The notes below the pieces were generated by a model. It saw nothing but the letters and a program-made list of their open reading frames with translations, searched no databases and was not told the origin of the DNA. The position numbers and the translations under genes were made by a program. From Armatimonadota bacterium (GTDB lineage: Bacteria > Sysuimicrobiota > Sysuimicrobiia > Sysuimicrobiales > Humicultoraceae), in the NCBI GenBank assembly GCA_037443565.1, contig JBBIOB010000001.1:97774-161773 (forward strand): a stretch of 64,000 nt of DNA. The letters run 5' to 3'. Numbering within the stretch: the first letter of the stretch is position 1; the number at the start of each line of letters is the position of its first letter. Positions 60,513-64,000 of this stretch are shown here, one piece after another.

Positions 60513-63220
60513 ACAGCAGCTTCGAGGAGCGCTTCTGGAGTCTGACGGGGTTCTCACCCATGAACTGGCAGTGCCGGTTGTTCAAGCGCTTTGTCGCGGA
60601 CGACCTGCCAGATGCCTGCGATATCCCGACCGGTCTAGGGAAAACCTCTGTTATTGTCATCTGGCTACTTGCACTCGTCCGGCAAGCCGAGGACGGCAGG
60701 GTGAACCTGCCGCGACGCCTTGTCTACATCGTCAACCGACGCACCGTGGTCGATCAGGCGACAGAGACGGTGGAGCGCTTGCGGAGCCGTCTCCTGGAGC
60801 CAGGAGCCCAGGAATGGCAAGACCACGCCGATACGCTGTCCGAAATCGCGGAGGCCCTGGACTGTCTGCGTGCCTCCGACGGGGCCCCGCTGGGAGTTAG
60901 CACGCTGCGCGGAGAGCTTGCGGACAATGAAGAGTGGAAAGCCGATCCCGCACGGCCGGCGATCGTTGTCGGCACCATTGACATGATTGGCAGCAAGCTT
61001 CTCTTCAGCGGCTACGGCGACGGACGCTACGGACGTGCGCATCATGCTGGCCTAATCGGGCAGGACGCGCTAGTTGTCCATGACGAGGCACACCTCACGC
61101 CCGCCTTCAGCGATCTTCTCCATGCTATTGCTCAAGAACAGGCCCGAGAAAGCGCGCGCAGCGCCTGCTTCGGGCATCCCGTCCGCGTGATCGAGCTATC
61201 GGCGACGACGCGACCGAGCGAAGGAGGGCCCCATTTCGACAAGATCTTCACGTTGGAATCGGAGGACGAAAAGGACGGGATCGCCCGCGACCGCCTGACG
61301 GCGGCGAAGCGACTGCAGGTTCACCCGGCTCCAGAGGACTCGGTCACGAACAAGATGGTCGAGCTCAGCAAGGCGCATGAGGGGGAGAGAGCCAAGATCT
61401 TGATATATGTCCGCTCTCCCGAACAGGCTGGACAGGTTGCCTCGGCTCTCGCGAAGTCCCTGGGGAAGGGCGCCGAGGAACGAGTCGCCCTTCTCACCGG
61501 CACGATCCGCGGGCACGAGCGCGATGGGCTCCTCAAGACAAACCTGGTCTATCGCGCGTTGCTGGATCCTGATTGTCGCGTTGAGAGAACGGTGTATCTG
61601 GTCAGCACTTCCGCTGGCGAGGTCGGGATTGATCTGGATGCCGATCACCTGGTCTGCGACCTGACGACGCTCGATGCGCTGATTCAGCGGGTGGGGCGTG
61701 TCAACCGTCGCGGCGGCAAGGGGCGCGAAGCGCGTGTGCACGTCGTCGGGGACGCTCCGGGCAAGGATAGGCCGTCCAAGGTCGATATGGCCGTCGCGAC
61801 CACGCTCAGACTTCTGCGGCGATGGGACGAAGCATCAGAAGGGGGCGTTGACGTCAGTCCCGGAAACCTCCTGAGGCTTCTCGGAGCCGCGAAGCCTCAG
61901 GATATCGAGAAAGCCTTCTCGCCAAGACCGGAAGGCCCGCCGTTAACCGATATCCTGCTGGACTCCTGGTCGCTGACGAGCATCCAGAAGATGCCGGGCC
62001 GGCCAGAGGTGGCGGCATTTCTCCACGGACTCACGCACGATCCGCCGGACACGTTTGTCGCCTGGCGGCGGGAGATTTCCATTCTCGAGAAGGCCACGGT
62101 CGACGAACCCTCCCTCCGTGACTGGTTTGGTGCCTGTCGCGTCAATGCTCGGGAGCGGCTGCGGGACCGAACGGATCGCGTAAAGGCGTCGCTGGCCCGA
62201 TTGCTCAAGGTCCACCGGGACACCGACAAACACTTCGACTTCTCCGTTGTCCTGCTCGACGAGCGCGGCGATGCTCGGTGGTCCAAGCTGTCGGAGATCG
62301 TGAAAGAGGACGTCAACCTGGACTATCGCACGGTGGTACTCCCGGTGGAAGCAGGCGGTCTCGACCGGAACGGGATGCTCGACCCTACGGCTGTGAAGAT
62401 CCCCGATGGAGTCTCCCCTGATGTGGCCGAGGAGGGCTCGACCGATGACCGCCGGGAGCGGTGGCTGCATCGCCGGTCGGTGGACGGCGAGCGATACGAA
62501 CGGTTGCTTACGCGGGAGATCTTCGACGCCCCACCGGCAGAGCTGCGAGAGAAGGAACGGATTTCGCTGCACCAGCCGGAAGAAGCGGAGGAGGACGAGG
62601 AAGCCGAAACGGTCGAGCTTGTGCTTCTGGTATCGCCCGCGCAGTCGGCGCTGGTGGACCCAGAGACGGCCAGTGGCCGGCAGACCCTGGCGGATCACAC
62701 CGGGGCGATCGCAGCACAGATGTCCGCAATCGCCGAACGATTGGGCCTCGCTGAGCCAATCCGAGTCGCGCTGGTTACAGCTGCGCGCTGGCATGACAGA
62801 GGCAAAGACCGTTCGGTCTGGCAGCGCTATGCGCACAACGATCGCGGCAGTGAGCCTCTGGCGAAGTCCGTGAGATACTTGCATCCCCGCGTCCTCGGAG
62901 GCTATCGTCATGAGTTCGGTTCGCTGCTCGACGCGGTAGCTAGCGACGATCTTCAGCAGTGTACGGAACCTGACTTGGTACTCCACCTAATCGCAGCGCA
63001 TCATGGCTGGGCCCGGCCGCATTTCGAGCCACGATCGCACGACAACACCCACACGACCGCGGCGAACGACAAGGCAGCTTTGCAGGTGATGCGCCGGTTC
63101 GGGCAATTGCAGCAGCGCTTCGGGCGCTGGGGGCTGGCGTGGTTGGAATCATTGCTGCGTTGTGCCGACATCGCGGCTTCCACCGCCACCCCTTCCGGTA
63201 CCGAGACGGCGGGGAGGTGA
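60509..63220 (+). CDS. cas3: Cas3 helicase-nuclease with C-terminal HD domain (type I-G / I-U architecture)
   Basis: N-terminal Q motif/Walker A (PMNWQ, PTGLGKT), DEAH box (VVHDEAH), helicase C motifs. C-terminal HD nuclease motifs LADHTGA, ARWHDRGK, YRHEFGS, IAAHHGW, CADIAAS. HD at the C-terminus is the type I-G arrangement. The GTG at 60491 is an alternative start. Confidence 0.8.
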   Translation: MNSSFEERFWSLTGFSPMNWQCRLFKRFVADDLPDACDIPTGLGKTSVIVIWLLALVRQAEDGRVNLPRRLVYIVNRRTVVDQATETVERLRSRLLEPGAQEWQDHADTLSEIAEALDCLRASDGAPLGVSTLRGELADNEEWKADPARPAIVVGTIDMIGSKLLFSGYGDGRYGRAHHAGLIGQDALVVHDEAHLTPAFSDLLHAIAQEQARESARSACFGHPVRVIELSATTRPSEGGPHFDKIFTLESEDEKDGIARDRLTAAKRLQVHPAPEDSVTNKMVELSKAHEGERAKILIYVRSPEQAGQVASALAKSLGKGAEERVALLTGTIRGHERDGLLKTNLVYRALLDPDCRVERTVYLVSTSAGEVGIDLDADHLVCDLTTLDALIQRVGRVNRRGGKGREARVHVVGDAPGKDRPSKVDMAVATTLRLLRRWDEASEGGVDVSPGNLLRLLGAAKPQDIEKAFSPRPEGPPLTDILLDSWSLTSIQKMPGRPEVAAFLHGLTHDPPDTFVAWRREISILEKATVDEPSLRDWFGACRVNARERLRDRTDRVKASLARLLKVHRDTDKHFDFSVVLLDERGDARWSKLSEIVKEDVNLDYRTVVLPVEAGGLDRNGMLDPTAVKIPDGVSPDVAEEGSTDDRRERWLHRRSVDGERYERLLTREIFDAPPAELREKERISLHQPEEAEEDEEAETVELVLLVSPAQSALVDPETASGRQTLADHTGAIAAQMSAIAERLGLAEPIRVALVTAARWHDRGKDRSVWQRYAHNDRGSEPLAKSVRYLHPRVLGGYRHEFGSLLDAVASDDLQQCTEPDLVLHLIAAHHGWARPHFEPRSHDNTHTTAANDKAALQVMRRFGQLQQRFGRWGLAWLESLLRCADIAASTATPSGTETAGR

Positions 63221-63227
63221 CGGCCGA

Positions 63228-64000
63228 GTGAACCCGCCGAAGCCGAGTGCCGTCGTGCGTCTGGACCCCAGGAATCCAGGCCAGGTCTTGGCGTGTTGCG
63301 GGCTACTGGAGCTTGCGCACCGGCTGTGGCCCGGTGTGGAAGGATGGTTCGGTAGTGAAAGCTTCGCGTTCGGTAATCCGGACCCAGGCGTCGGGGTGGA
63401 CCTAGCTGAGCTCGTACGCAGACTCGCGACCTGCACGCTCTCGACCCTGACGGCGGCGGAGCGCGACGAGCGCGAAGACCTGGAGAAGCGGCGGCGCGAT
63501 CTTAGGAAGGAAAGCAAGCGACTTCCTACTCAAGAGGCGCAGCGTTTGAAGGAACTTGGGAGGCAGGCTCGCGCAGGAGGCCTCCGCATAGAAGCGCCCT
63601 TCAACCTCGTGATTGACTGGTTCGAGGCGGGCGAGGGAGCGGTTGTCCGGGGAACCCCGAAGACGTGGGCGGGCCAGCAAGAACCGCACAAAATCGCGCG
63701 AGCCGCCCAGGATGCGCTTTCGAGCATCAGAGATCTTTCGACCCTGCTGGACTATGGCTGTGTACTGCGCGTCCCCGCCGAGTACCGTAAGGGGAAATCC
63801 CGCGACCAACAGAAGGTCGAGCCATTCTACTTCGATGCTAGGCGTTCCGCCCACGCTTTAGATGCTGGCTTTTCCGCCGATACGCAGGAGATGGAGGTCG
63901 TCGCATACCCGGCGGTTGAGTTACTCTGCCTGGTTGGCCTTCAACGCTTCCGGCCAGTTGTCATGAATGAGAAATGGGTCTTCAACTATTGGATATGGTC
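63228..64000 (+). CDS. Partial CDS directly downstream of cas3; candidate Cas8u2/Csx17-type large subunit. The 3' end lies beyond the window
   Basis: GTG at 63228, 8 nt after the cas3 stop, with a GGGGAGG RBS. The open frame continues to the window end (VNPPKPSAVVRLDPRNPGQVLACCGLLELAHRLW...). Family assigned by position only. Not in the provided ORF track because it has no stop inside the window. Confidence 0.35.
   Translation, partial: MNPPKPSAVVRLDPRNPGQVLACCGLLELAHRLWPGVEGWFGSESFAFGNPDPGVGVDLAELVRRLATCTLSTLTAAERDEREDLEKRRRDLRKESKRLPTQEAQRLKELGRQARAGGLRIEAPFNLVIDWFEAGEGAVVRGTPKTWAGQQEPHKIARAAQDALSSIRDLSTLLDYGCVLRVPAEYRKGKSRDQQKVEPFYFDARRSAHALDAGFSADTQEMEVVAYPAVELLCLVGLQRFRPVVMNEKWVFNYWIW

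Noticed and set aside
1-64000. CRISPR repeat-spacer array
   Set aside because: No regularly spaced direct repeats were found. The cas genes start at 60.5 kb and run off the window, so any array is probably downstream of 64000.

Overview
This is a high-GC (about 68-70%) bacterial chromosomal segment with tightly packed, often 4-bp overlapping genes, likely from an uncultivated lineage. The many long overlapping antisense ORFs in the six-frame track are high-GC artefacts; the real genes were chosen by protein-family recognition. Every strand call below follows from that choice of frame.

Content from left to right:
- 1-2.5 kb: tail of a Dpp/Opp-type ABC permease pair, an AlaX-like tRNA-editing protein and an ICMT/PEMT-family methyltransferase.
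- 2.5-5 kb: a membrane protein, then a cytochrome bd subunit-I homolog carrying a C-terminal CXXCH cytochrome c module.
- 5-17.4 kb: LysE exporter, two paralogous choline-kinase-like phosphotransferases, a frameshifted alpha/beta hydrolase, a PuuC/PuuD-like aldehyde dehydrogenase plus class-I amidotransferase pair, an Fbp/PhnS-type ABC importer, a PHP phosphoesterase and an MFS transporter.
- 17.4-29.4 kb: the most unusual locus. One minus-strand gene string encodes a PotABCD-like amine importer, a corrinoid (B12) protein, a non-pyrrolysine MtmB-family (monomethylamine methyltransferase-like) protein, and all four methionine-synthase (MetH) modules as separate proteins: Hcy S-methyltransferase domain, pterin-binding MeTr domain, B12 protein, AdoMet reactivation domain. 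It also encodes a RamA-like reductive activator and a MetF-MetV-type methylene-THF reductase.
- 29.5-30.7 kb: an upstream LuxR regulator with tandem AP2-like domains and a pseudo-receiver.
- 30.9-37.1 kb: a divergent cluster of two dimethylglycine/sarcosine-dehydrogenase paralogs flanking a class-III aminotransferase.
- 37.2-47.2 kb: vapBC, then a phnW / PhnSTUV-like / aldehyde dehydrogenase 2-aminoethylphosphonate-type module sharing one operon with CoA-transferase and citryl-CoA-lyase-like genes, with a LysR-box palindrome in the promoter.
- 47.4-57.5 kb: a LysR-associated cluster (aminotransferase, histidine phosphatase, GCS2 ligase, SDR, PHP phosphatase, MFS), then pckA and a PPi-type phosphofructokinase.
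- 57.6-59.2 kb: an IS element with perfect 28-bp inverted repeats inserted at or inside the 5' region of a WYL-domain regulator.
- 60.3-64.0 kb: the start of a type I-G-like CRISPR-Cas locus (a small cas3 N-terminal mimic ORF, cas3 with C-terminal HD nuclease, a partial large-subunit candidate). No CRISPR array lies inside the window.
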